Source: Candidatus Heimdallarchaeota archaeon
Lineage (GTDB): Archaea; Asgardarchaeota; Heimdallarchaeia; Heimdallarchaeales; Heimdallarchaeaceae
Length of the DNA stretch: 14,910 nt
Direction: 5' to 3'
Assembly: GCA_016840095.1 (NCBI GenBank)
Contig: JAEOSZ010000025.1
Coordinates: 1-14,910 of the forward strand
The position numbers and the translations under genes were made by a program. The first letter of the stretch is position 1. Every line of letters starts with the position of its first letter. Below are positions 1 through 9,071 of this stretch, one piece after another. Below the pieces are notes generated by a model that saw only the letters and a list, made by a program, of their open reading frames with translations, did no database searches and had not been told where the DNA came from.

Positions 1-765
1 AATATCTGGAATGATACTGCAGAAAACCAATTGAAATTTCCTTTCTTAGTTATAGGAATTGCATTTGGAGTTATTGCTATCGCCTTTCTTTTCTTGGCAA
101 TGGAAACTAGACCAGGTTGGGTTCAAGCATCAATCAGCTTAAAACATGGTAATAAGGTGAAAGAAACATATCTCAAACTGAATCAGGTTTTCAAATCCTA
201 TATTGATAACAATAATATTGAATCCTGCACAGACACGCTAGCAGAAGCAAAAGAGCTAGAGAAATCTGCAGATAGATTAGTATTTCGAGTAACGCAAGCA
301 CTTTATGGGAAAGTTAGACCAGCACCAGATGACTATCATTTCTACAAAATCACAGATATTCTTGATTCCTCAATTGGATTTATTTTGAGATCTATTAGAA
401 AACTTCTGATGATTCCAAGGGATAAAATTCCCAAGAGATTTATTAGTTACTTAGAAGTGGAAAGTGATCTTCTTATCAAAATCATATCTAAAGCAGTCGA
501 TGTGCTAGAAATAGTGTGTATCCAACCTCTAGCATCGCATCCAATTTTTGAGGAAGTTCATAATCTAGAGAATAAACTCGATCTTAATAGTCATGAAGGA
601 TTAGCATTAATTACAAAAGATTCAGGACAACTAAATCCTGTAGAAATTCTGTATGTAATCCAAATAGTAGAATCTTTAGAACAAGCAGCTAATCATATAG
701 AAGATGCAGTAGATGTTATGAAGATTGTTGGTCTTAAGTATCAAGTTAGACCTTTAGTAATCTAA
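1..765 (+). CDS. 5'-truncated (probably) membrane protein with C-terminal DUF47/PhoU-like helical domain (phosphate transport regulator family)
   Basis: Two PhoU-like repeats: 'AKELEKSADRL...' and 'VHNLENKLDLNSHEGL...IVESLEQAANHIEDAVDVM', typical of DUF47. A hydrophobic helix (FPFLVIGIAFGVIAIAFLFLAM) precedes them. The frame has no stop from base 1 to 31 (NIWNDTAENQL), so the TTG at 31 may not be the real start. Confidence 0.75.
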   Translation, partial: NIWNDTAENQLKFPFLVIGIAFGVIAIAFLFLAMETRPGWVQASISLKHGNKVKETYLKLNQVFKSYIDNNNIESCTDTLAEAKELEKSADRLVFRVTQALYGKVRPAPDDYHFYKITDILDSSIGFILRSIRKLLMIPRDKIPKRFISYLEVESDLLIKIISKAVDVLEIVCIQPLASHPIFEEVHNLENKLDLNSHEGLALITKDSGQLNPVEILYVIQIVESLEQAANHIEDAVDVMKIVGLKYQVRPLVI

Positions 766-809
766 TTGATTCAGTTAAACTAAAAAGTAAGTAGTGCGAT
801 TAGGATATA

Positions 810-2687
810 ATGAAGAAGTCAAATCATGCTTTTTGTGCAATAACCTTACTCATATTTCTTTTATCCTTCAATTCAGTAAGTGCATTTACTACTAATGCTG
901 TTCCTGAAGATGATATATATATAGCAGCTAATAGCTTAGATACGGATTTGACTTTGTATATAGAGTTCTTTGGTTATGATAGTGATGTTCTAAATCTCAC
1001 AGAAATTGAATATCTATTTTATAATGGTTTTCTCAAAGGTTCTACAGAAATTGGGATATCATTTTTTAAATTTGACTTTGTTTTGTCACATTCAACAGAA
1101 AGTGAGTATAACCAACTTAAAACTTACATAGATTCAATAAAAGTAACAGGTGCAGGTGTAGGATATTCTTTAAATACAACTCAACTTGATGAGGACCTAA
1201 CTTCAGGTGAGAGAAATAACATTCTTGTTCCTGAAGATGGAGCTGTCATAGATGCAAGACTTGTTGAAAATTATATCAAAGAGAACTTCTATGATGAGAG
1301 TTCACTAAATCCTGGATATACTATGTATTTATTGAATTTCTCAAGTTTGGATGATTCAGATACAAATCTAGATCATTGGTATAAAGCTTCAGAAACAGAT
1401 TTTGACTCAAACTCAACAATTGATTACTGGTTTTCTGGATATAATGATATTCCATATGTACCTACTTTGGGGTGGGGAGGTTCTGAGAGATTCTGTTTCT
1501 TAGATTTGTCTGCAAGAACTTGGTATTATGAATGGATTCAAAATGCTTGGGGGTTAGCTATGGGAAGTTACTCCTATTATAATTATCCAGATATTGATTA
1601 CATTACAGAAAATTTTGATTTAGAAGAATCATTAGGTCAAACAATTCTTTCTAAGTTTATAGCTGATTACATCAATTCATATCTTGGAAATGTGTTCTCT
1701 ACCTATTTGGGAGTAGATCCAATTGGAGAGTCTTATTCACTTCAAGTAAAAGTTTTTAACAATCTAACGGATGCAGGCTATGCATTCGAAGAATTAAATT
1801 GGGTAATTTCAAGAGAGAGAATCCTTAATCAATTATCAAATGATTTCCCATGGATTGATTGGAATATTGAGGTTGAGTATGTTGAACTAACTGATTATCC
1901 CAGTTTAGATTCATGGATATCAGAAAATTTACAGCATGATCCAGAAGGAAATTACATAGAGGTAACAGATGGTTTCTATGATCTTCTAGAGTCAGAATTA
2001 GATATTCATTTTAATTACTCTGCAGCAGATAGTATCTTACCTTGTTATTACTTCTTAACTGATGATATCGGGTTCAGATATTATGGATTTGGTTTCGCAG
2101 GACTTGGTGGAATGGGTTGGGAAATTTTGGTTAATAATCAATATAGCATGTTCGAGGATGGCAATCCTTTGCTCCCACGTAGAGGTATGTCATCAGTAAC
2201 TATTCATGAGCTTGGTCATAGTTTAGGTATGCCACACCCTCACGGAGGTCAATATGGATGGGGCTCTTCCTATATTGAAGAAGTAATGAATTATTTTTCA
2301 ATTGGAGAGAAGGGTTTCAGTTCTTTTTACAGAGATGGTATGGCAAGAGCACATAGTAATTATTGGTTTAGTTTAGCTTTTACTGAAATGGAAATTGCAT
2401 TTGATAACTTCGTTCAACATGGTTCTATAGGTGAGTTAGTTTCGATGGTAAATGACATTTACTTGTTGTTAGACTCTGCCGCTCAAGACTATAATTCAAT
2501 GTTATATAACAATACAATTGTAAAAGCAAAGTTAGCAAGATTAGATATAGAACTACTAAATTACTACATAACTAATCCTAATGAGATTCCATGGTTAACC
2601 AGAACACAGATAGAGGTATATATTTCAATTATAGCTTTTGTTACTATCGTAGCTCTGGTTAAAAATAGGAGAAGAAAGAGAGGTTAA
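810..2687 (+). CDS. Secreted, C-terminally membrane-anchored zinc metalloprotease (metzincin clan)
   Basis: Signal peptide (MKK, hydrophobic core, VSA/F). HELGHSLGMPH at 2205-2237 matches HExxHxxGxxH and is followed by a Met-turn-like EEVMNY. C-terminal TM helix with basic tail KNRRRKRG. AGGA lies shortly upstream of the ATG. Confidence 0.85.
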   Translation: MKKSNHAFCAITLLIFLLSFNSVSAFTTNAVPEDDIYIAANSLDTDLTLYIEFFGYDSDVLNLTEIEYLFYNGFLKGSTEIGISFFKFDFVLSHSTESEYNQLKTYIDSIKVTGAGVGYSLNTTQLDEDLTSGERNNILVPEDGAVIDARLVENYIKENFYDESSLNPGYTMYLLNFSSLDDSDTNLDHWYKASETDFDSNSTIDYWFSGYNDIPYVPTLGWGGSERFCFLDLSARTWYYEWIQNAWGLAMGSYSYYNYPDIDYITENFDLEESLGQTILSKFIADYINSYLGNVFSTYLGVDPIGESYSLQVKVFNNLTDAGYAFEELNWVISRERILNQLSNDFPWIDWNIEVEYVELTDYPSLDSWISENLQHDPEGNYIEVTDGFYDLLESELDIHFNYSAADSILPCYYFLTDDIGFRYYGFGFAGLGGMGWEILVNNQYSMFEDGNPLLPRRGMSSVTIHELGHSLGMPHPHGGQYGWGSSYIEEVMNYFSIGEKGFSSFYRDGMARAHSNYWFSLAFTEMEIAFDNFVQHGSIGELVSMVNDIYLLLDSAAQDYNSMLYNNTIVKAKLARLDIELLNYYITNPNEIPWLTRTQIEVYISIIAFVTIVALVKNRRRKRG

Positions 2688-2695
2688 CTCTTCAT

Positions 2696-4714
2696 CTAAT
2701 CATCCAAAGTAAAAGGAGATTCTTCGAAAATTGATTCAACAAGAGGTCCTAATTCTTCTTGTTTAACTGGATCTTTACCTAGTTTCTGTCTTATTTGATT
2801 TACAGCTTCTTTCAAGAATTTTCTGACTTGTAATCTACTTTCGAATGTTTCATTGTCAGCAACTAAAACAGCCATAACATTATTCTGCTGTTCGATAATA
2901 ACAGCTCTTCCTTGATGATTTATGCTCCTCAAAGTTTCAACTCCCTTTCCTAAAACTTCTTGTGAGAAGTTAATTATAGCTGTAATCAAACCAGAGATTA
3001 GAAGATCATCTATATTTTCTTTCTTAGAAAAATTATAAGAATACAGTGGAAGTCCTCCTTCATCTATCACCAATAACAGGTAAAGAATGATTGGAATCTT
3101 TTTGTGAGAACCAAAAGAATAGCGCATTATCCTACTGAATAATCTTCGAGATCCTCTCAATTCTTGGATTAGAGCAGTTTTTTCTTCCAGACCTATCTTT
3201 AATTCATCTATTCTATCTTCAAGGTTATTCTTCTCAGAATATTCAATACCATTTTTCAATGTTCGATTGGCTTCTTTCTCCATATTGCGGTACTGGTAAT
3301 ATCCAGCTTTTGCTATAATTGCATCAACATAAGTAGAATGCTTTAATTCTTCAGTTACTCCAAGAAGGTTATCAATAAAATAGAGAAACTGCTGTGCAAA
3401 TTTATCATCTTCTGTTATTCTATACATTTCAAAATAACTGTCAGCTAAAGCTGCATATGTATATAATATTCCCTCAAAAATCATTTGATTTTCAAAGAAT
3501 TCTAATGCACGTTCAAAATATTGGACAGCTGTTGCTAGATCTACCTTTTTCTGATGGTAGAGGCCTTTGAAGAAATAATAGTATGACATAGAATTGAAAT
3601 CAAATTGCTCTTCAGCGAGTTGTAAACCCATGTCTAGACTTTCACCATGATCATCTTCTTTGAGATAATTAATGAACCCATACACTATCTCAATCATAGG
3701 ATAAAGGAATCCTAATTTCTCGTTGATTTTATGTGCTTTAGTATAATATTCATCAGCTTTTGGAATTTCATCTTTGAGAAGGTAAATATTGCCAATTCTC
3801 TCATAGATTTCTATTTCAATTGGAGTTGATACTTCTGGTTTTTCTAAAAGACTTTGATAGATTTCCAAAGCATGATCTTGATCTCCTTGCATTTTCTTCA
3901 TTTCAGCAGAACTAAGCTCTAGTATAGCTTGAAGTCTTTCTGAACCTATTTTTTGAGCATAGTTCATTCCCTTCTCATAGTAATCTTCAGCTTCCTGTAT
4001 ATTGTATTCCTTTAAAGAAAGTGAAATTAAGAGATCGTAAAGAGAACTTAACATACCAGAATTACCATAGTTCTGAGCACGTTTTACAGCACTATCAATC
4101 CATAATTCTTTGAGTGTTTCATCTGCTAGTGTATAAGCAAAGTGAACTAAATCGGTTAGTAGTGCATCTAGAATGAATGGAAATTGAGCTGCTAAATCAT
4201 CAATTTCTATAAGATAACGAAGTAGCTCGTTTAATGCTTTATATCCAAACTCAGGTCTTTTCTGAGTCTTAGCAGAGAACTCTCCAACTGAAAGGAAAAC
4301 AAATTCCTTTTGTTTTTTATCAGGAATTTCTTCTGCAAGTACTAAGATCTTATCTCTTGCTTTCTCATAATCTTCAAGTTTATACATATCACGTAAAGAG
4401 AGTAGATTGCAAGCATGAATAGAGAGATTTTTTGGATCTATTTTGTCTTGAAATTTGTCATAAAGAGTAAGAATGGTTTCGTATTCTTTACTCCAATAAC
4501 ATAATAGCATAGCAGTGAGTAATATACTCTGATCTATATCAGCAAATTTAGAAACCTTCACACTTTTCAAGTATTGAACTAATAAAGTCCTAATCTTAGA
4601 GGGAGTTTTTTCAGTTCCAATAATATCTGCTAAATTCTTTAGAAATTCAGCTTCGAAATTGGCAATGTAGAGATTTAATTCGTTTAATATAAAAGGTGGT
4701 AAAAGTTCTTGCAT
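2696..4714 (-). CDS. TPR-repeat protein with C-terminal longin-like domain (paralog A)
   Basis: TPR motifs such as IYERIGNIYLLKDEIPKADEYYTKA and AVQYFERALEFF. The C-terminal ~135 aa (2696-~3097) read LLVIDEGGLPLYSYNF...DDLLISGLITAIINFSQEV...LRSINHQGRAVII, a beta-beta-alpha-beta-beta-beta-alpha longin-like pattern. ATG 4714 is preferred over TTG 4726 because MQELLPP aligns with the MTENLPP start of paralog C. Confidence 0.8.
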   Translation of the reverse strand: MQELLPPFILNELNLYIANFEAEFLKNLADIIGTEKTPSKIRTLLVQYLKSVKVSKFADIDQSILLTAMLLCYWSKEYETILTLYDKFQDKIDPKNLSIHACNLLSLRDMYKLEDYEKARDKILVLAEEIPDKKQKEFVFLSVGEFSAKTQKRPEFGYKALNELLRYLIEIDDLAAQFPFILDALLTDLVHFAYTLADETLKELWIDSAVKRAQNYGNSGMLSSLYDLLISLSLKEYNIQEAEDYYEKGMNYAQKIGSERLQAILELSSAEMKKMQGDQDHALEIYQSLLEKPEVSTPIEIEIYERIGNIYLLKDEIPKADEYYTKAHKINEKLGFLYPMIEIVYGFINYLKEDDHGESLDMGLQLAEEQFDFNSMSYYYFFKGLYHQKKVDLATAVQYFERALEFFENQMIFEGILYTYAALADSYFEMYRITEDDKFAQQFLYFIDNLLGVTEELKHSTYVDAIIAKAGYYQYRNMEKEANRTLKNGIEYSEKNNLEDRIDELKIGLEEKTALIQELRGSRRLFSRIMRYSFGSHKKIPIILYLLLVIDEGGLPLYSYNFSKKENIDDLLISGLITAIINFSQEVLGKGVETLRSINHQGRAVIIEQQNNVMAVLVADNETFESRLQVRKFLKEAVNQIRQKLGKDPVKQEELGPLVESIFEESPFTLDD

Positions 4715-4733
4715 TTTTCTCAACAATAATTTA

Positions 4734-4748
4734 TAATTATAGGTTTCG
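4734..4748 (-). promoter_or_regulatory. Candidate BRE-TATA for TPR-longin paralog A
   Basis: Minus strand CGAAACC-TATAATTA, with the TATA element 20-27 nt upstream of ATG 4714. Confidence 0.5.
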
Positions 4749-4755
4749 CGAGTAT

Positions 4756-6816
4756 TTAAAAATCTACTTTAATTGCATCACTGAAGACGAGATTAGAGCC
4801 AAATAACTCTTTTACTTCAGAATCAATTGCATTACTAACAGTTTCATCCAATTCTCCATAGAATTGTTTGGGGATGTCAAGCATAGAAAGCTTATCAGTA
4901 AGTTGGTGTATTTTTCTTCGAAGTGAGAAGGAGTCTAAAGCACTGACTGCGACGGAACTGAACCCTTTCGGATTAGCTTCTATAATGATTTTATGATTGC
5001 CATAGGTTATTACAAGCATCTGACTTTTCTGTTCTTCAAACAATTCAGTGAGCATATCTCTTACTGCAACAATAAATCCTCCAAATAGAAGCTGATCTTT
5101 TACTGCTCGTTTAAGGATTACATATGATCTCATAGGAATCCCAGATCTGTGTAGGATTATCAATGCTAAAGGTGAGATATCTAGGTCAACATACGATTTC
5201 TGCATATATCTTAATCCAACTTCTTCTAGAGTAATAATGTCTTTTCTAAATGGCTCATTTATCCAGTCAATTTCCTTACCCTCAAAACTTGGAAAGAGGA
5301 GATTAATTTGGTCAATCTTACTATTAATCAATTTCAAGAGCTGAGGAAGACCTTTCTCGGTTGTCAATTCTTTTGCTTGTTGAAGACTATTAAATGCTTG
5401 AGTATAGTTTTCTTGTAATGCTAAAATTTTTCCTTGGAGCAAGTATAATGCAACTTGTTCCCTAGTTAGACTGTTTTCAATAAAATAAGGGAATAAGTGA
5501 TCAAGATATCTTAATGTTAATTCCAATATTTTATTGTCTTTCTCTAAATCATAATTCCCCAGATTCATAAAGATTAAATTCATTAGAATCTTAGCAGAAA
5601 GTTCTCCACTTCCATGTTTATCTGCTAAATCTAAGGCTCTGTTATACTCTTCAATAGCATGTCCATAGTTTAACCTCTTAACACTGAACATTCCTTTGAG
5701 TAAATATACATAAGATTCGATAACAGGAGAAGGATTTGCCCTAATTTCTTCTTCAATAGAAACCAGAAATATCTCAAAATCCTTCAATCTGTTTGTCTGT
5801 AAATACAATTCAGCAAGAGTACAATATTGATAGGTTTCCTTGAGATTCAGTTTCTCAATAATTTTAATTGCTTCTTCATATTTTTCAATTGCTTCTTCAA
5901 ATAATCCTCTTTCAATAGCTATGTCTCCTAAGCTTTTGATAGTCAAAGCTAAGTATCTATTTGCTTCTAAATCATTAAAGATCTCATGCAGTTTGTTGAA
6001 CTCTTTTTCAGCTTCATCTAAGTTACCTAGAACAATATTTAAAGTTCCTAAGTTTCCTTTTGCAGCTGCTAAAACAAGTTTATTTCCAGTAGATTCAAGA
6101 AAAGATTTGGCTTTTTCTGTCATTGTTTGGGATTCATCAAATTTGCCACTATCTCTGTATAATAACCCTAGCAAATAACAGAATTTAGCAATATGATTTC
6201 TTTCTCCTAAATCCATTGCCATGTGTAGAGCTACATTAATCTTGTTTTCCAGTTTGATTTTTTCTTCGACATACCTATTCAGAACCAAATTATCAGCATG
6301 TCCATCTAGAAGAATGTCGTTAAGAATTTGCTTCTGATCAGTTGGTAGTTTTTGAGATGTAAAAGCTTCTTCAAAGAGAGTATTAAGATAAATCCTGCTC
6401 TGCTCATAGTTCCCGAGATTCAGATAACCATATGCAATAGATCTAATAGCATGCAATCTGAAAAAAGGAGAAAGATCTTCTATTTCCTTGATTTCTGAAG
6501 CTAATCTTATTGCTGCTTCATTCATACCTTTTTCAAGTAATACTCTTATTTGCCACAACTTGATTCCATAGTGATTGCTTTTATCAAAAATCTCAAGGGA
6601 TTGGTAATCTGAGATTGAGAAAAGGATTTTTCCTAAAACGAATAAAAGATTTGCTGAGGAGTTTTTCTTGTTTTCAATGAAATTTAAAAGAAATTTACTA
6701 AGTTTAACTAGAGAATCATTTATACGAAAATCCTTTTCAAATCCATTTAATTCATCCTGTTCTTGTTTTTCTAGAATAGGCAGATAAATAGAAAATTCCC
6801 TAGGGAACCCAACCAT
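4756..6816 (-). CDS. TPR-repeat protein with C-terminal longin-like domain (paralog B)
   Basis: TPR motifs (AAAKGNLGTLNIVLGNLDEAEKEF; SLGDIAIERGLFEEAIEKYEEA). C-terminal LIILHRSGIPMRSY...DQLLFGGFIVAVRDMLTELF...ITYGNHKIII. ATG 6816 follows the SD-like GAAGGGGAT, and its N-terminus (MVGFPREF) aligns with the paralogs. The ORF track starts at TTG 6885. Confidence 0.8.
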   Translation of the reverse strand: MVGFPREFSIYLPILEKQEQDELNGFEKDFRINDSLVKLSKFLLNFIENKKNSSANLLFVLGKILFSISDYQSLEIFDKSNHYGIKLWQIRVLLEKGMNEAAIRLASEIKEIEDLSPFFRLHAIRSIAYGYLNLGNYEQSRIYLNTLFEEAFTSQKLPTDQKQILNDILLDGHADNLVLNRYVEEKIKLENKINVALHMAMDLGERNHIAKFCYLLGLLYRDSGKFDESQTMTEKAKSFLESTGNKLVLAAAKGNLGTLNIVLGNLDEAEKEFNKLHEIFNDLEANRYLALTIKSLGDIAIERGLFEEAIEKYEEAIKIIEKLNLKETYQYCTLAELYLQTNRLKDFEIFLVSIEEEIRANPSPVIESYVYLLKGMFSVKRLNYGHAIEEYNRALDLADKHGSGELSAKILMNLIFMNLGNYDLEKDNKILELTLRYLDHLFPYFIENSLTREQVALYLLQGKILALQENYTQAFNSLQQAKELTTEKGLPQLLKLINSKIDQINLLFPSFEGKEIDWINEPFRKDIITLEEVGLRYMQKSYVDLDISPLALIILHRSGIPMRSYVILKRAVKDQLLFGGFIVAVRDMLTELFEEQKSQMLVITYGNHKIIIEANPKGFSSVAVSALDSFSLRRKIHQLTDKLSMLDIPKQFYGELDETVSNAIDSEVKELFGSNLVFSDAIKVDF

Positions 6817-6900
6817 ATCCCCTTCTTCAATCATTGCATTCAATATTAATAAGCATAAGAAGAATAAAAATATTCGCTTCTTCAAAAAATAGGTAGTTTC

Positions 6901-8946
6901 TCAAGGTCTATGTCCTTTAATACCAAATAGATTTCTTACAACAGAGTCTAATTCATAAGATTCTGACTCGCTTATATCTCCCTTGTACTTATCACTCGAA
7001 AGACCTTTGAATGAGAGATTTTCAACCAACCTATGCATTTTTCTTCTAATCATGAAACTGTCACGTAAGGCTATTACCACAACAGAAAATACATTTGAAT
7101 AGAATTCTATCAATAGCTTGTATTGCCCATGATCAATTGATAGCACTCCTTGTCCTTGTTCAATAAATAATTCATTCATAAGATGTCTAATTGCACTTAC
7201 AAATCCTCCAAATAATAGATCATCACTTACACTTACATCTTCAGAAAGATAAGTGCGTATGGGAATTCCACTTGAATGAAATATGAGAACTGCAATAGGT
7301 TTTTCTTCTTTTGGAGCTGCTAGTTTCTTTGATTCTTTTCTTAGAATAGTTGAAATAGCTTGAATATCTTCAATAAAATCTATGACTCCTTCATCAATAA
7401 TTTTCTCTAAATCACTTTCAATTGCATGTTTAACTTGACTGATTCTTTGATTATACTCATCAATAAGTTGAGGAGTATAAGTTCTAGCAAACTCTTCTCC
7501 AGCTTTAAGTAAGAATAAAGCGGTTTCGAAATCTAAAAGGACAATTTTAATTTTAGCACGCACATAGTAAATTAGTGAGAGCGATTCATACTTAGCTTTC
7601 TCTTCCAAATAGGTTATAATGTCCTCCAAGCATTTATCTGCCTCTATTAGCTCTTCTAGGTTAGTTGTAATTGTGTATTTCTTAAGGAAAACAATAGATA
7701 ACAAGACTAGAGTTTTTGAGCTCAAAATTTCATTACCTAGTTCATCAGCAAGCAACATTGCTTGTTGAAGGAAATCCTGTGAATTACCATAGTTAATCTT
7801 TTTGTATTCAAGAAAGCCTAGTAAGAACCAGTAATTTGATTTCTGTGTAGGGGTTAACTCTTCGTCCCGGTTTTGTTCTATCTGAAGAAGTATTGATTCG
7901 CTTTCTTTTACTTCATCTAAATGTAGCAAAATCTCAACATACTTCATCTTCATTGCATGATTCTGGAAACCTTTAGTTTCAATAATATCTAATACTTTTT
8001 CCATTTCTTCCTTTGCTTTACTGAATTCCTCTTTTGAGAAATAAACCTCAGCATAGCTTGAATGAAGCATGTATAGAGATCTATAATCTCCAACCCAACT
8101 ATTTACTATTTTACTACTTTTATCATACCAGAAGATTGCTTCATCAAGATGACCCATTTGTCTGTAAACATCACCAATACTCCCTGTAATGTGCCCTAAC
8201 AGCCTGTCAATTTTGATTTCTTTAGCTATAGCTTCTCCTTTTAGAAAAATCTGATGAGCAAGTTGGAAATTACCTCTTTCAAGCTCAATATTACCAATAG
8301 AGTTGTAAATTTGTGCAGAACAAATTCTGTCGTTCAAAGCTCTATTAATATTCAAAGATTCCTTGGTTTTATCTCGAGCAAGCGTAAGAATGTAAGTAGA
8401 TTGTAAATAGATTGCATCCAATTCCAACATATAGATTTGAATGAGCTTGAAAAGTTCTCTTGACTCTTGCATCTTTTCGATGCTTGTCAATCCATAGAAA
8501 TTGTAACAATTTTCTCTATTCTCTTCATAAAGCAGATAATCTTGTTTAAGATAAGCTTCGATAGCTTGGACATAATAGATAAATGCATAGTATATCGTAT
8601 TTTCTAATTGCTGTTTGATTGTAGACAGAAGTTGTAAATATTCTTCAAAATTCCCATCATAAATCAAATTGATCAAGTACCATAATCCAAGTCCAGGATT
8701 AGGATTTACTTTGTAAAGTTCCTCAATTTTCTTCAATTTTCCTCTATGATAGAGAACTCTTCCAATAACAAATGAGCAAGTATTAGAAGGATTTGGAGTT
8801 TTATTGAAACATGCAACTAACACTGTTTCTATCTCATCTAGTTTAGATGATTGAGACAAAACTCCAGGTTCTAGTATTTTCTTTTGTTCTTCCTCCAATA
8901 ATAAAGAATAAACAGATAAAATTTCTGGAGGAAGATTTTCTGTCAT
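6901..8946 (-). CDS. TPR-repeat protein with C-terminal longin-like domain (paralog C)
   Basis: TPR motifs (AQIYNSIGNIELERGNFQLA; GSIGDVYRQMGHLDEAIFWYDKS). C-terminal VLIFHSSGIPIRTY...DDLLFGGFVSAIRHLMNELF...SIDHGQYKLLI. Confidence 0.82.
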   Translation of the reverse strand: MTENLPPEILSVYSLLLEEEQKKILEPGVLSQSSKLDEIETVLVACFNKTPNPSNTCSFVIGRVLYHRGKLKKIEELYKVNPNPGLGLWYLINLIYDGNFEEYLQLLSTIKQQLENTIYYAFIYYVQAIEAYLKQDYLLYEENRENCYNFYGLTSIEKMQESRELFKLIQIYMLELDAIYLQSTYILTLARDKTKESLNINRALNDRICSAQIYNSIGNIELERGNFQLAHQIFLKGEAIAKEIKIDRLLGHITGSIGDVYRQMGHLDEAIFWYDKSSKIVNSWVGDYRSLYMLHSSYAEVYFSKEEFSKAKEEMEKVLDIIETKGFQNHAMKMKYVEILLHLDEVKESESILLQIEQNRDEELTPTQKSNYWFLLGFLEYKKINYGNSQDFLQQAMLLADELGNEILSSKTLVLLSIVFLKKYTITTNLEELIEADKCLEDIITYLEEKAKYESLSLIYYVRAKIKIVLLDFETALFLLKAGEEFARTYTPQLIDEYNQRISQVKHAIESDLEKIIDEGVIDFIEDIQAISTILRKESKKLAAPKEEKPIAVLIFHSSGIPIRTYLSEDVSVSDDLLFGGFVSAIRHLMNELFIEQGQGVLSIDHGQYKLLIEFYSNVFSVVVIALRDSFMIRRKMHRLVENLSFKGLSSDKYKGDISESESYELDSVVRNLFGIKGHRP

Positions 8947-8967
8947 TAGATAGACGACATTTTTTAT

Positions 8968-8980
8968 TGTTAAAAGTTTG
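8968..8980 (-). promoter_or_regulatory. Candidate BRE-TATA for TPR-longin paralog C
   Basis: Minus strand CAAAC-TTTTAACA, with the TATA-like element 22-29 nt upstream of ATG 8946. Confidence 0.4.
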
Positions 8981-9071
8981 ACGAATGTACTGCTTTAGTT
9001 TTAAGAAAAGTTAATAGTATAGTTCAATCTCTTTGGTTTTAACAACTTACCATTTCACAATTGGAGATTAT

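Noticed and set aside
2580-2687. Archaeosortase (PGF-CTERM) sorting signal on the protease
   Set aside because: A TM helix and basic tail are present, but no PGF/PEF-type motif precedes them, so it is treated as a plain membrane anchor.
5840-6178. 112-aa plus-strand ORF
   Set aside because: Antisense shadow fully inside paralog B, with Ser/Phe/Leu-rich composition and a TTG start.
6817-6885. Signal-peptide-like N-terminus MKKRIFLFFLCLLILNA on paralog B (TTG start)
   Set aside because: Likely a translation of T-rich intergenic DNA. ATG 6816 has an SD-like motif and aligns with the paralog N-termini, and longin domains are cytosolic. Not fully excluded without proteomics.
2696-8946. TPR proteins as CHAT/caspase, STAND NTPase or kinase-linked immune receptors
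   Set aside because: No Walker A, CHAT His-Cys dyad, kinase or nuclease motif was seen. The only non-TPR domain recognised is longin-like.
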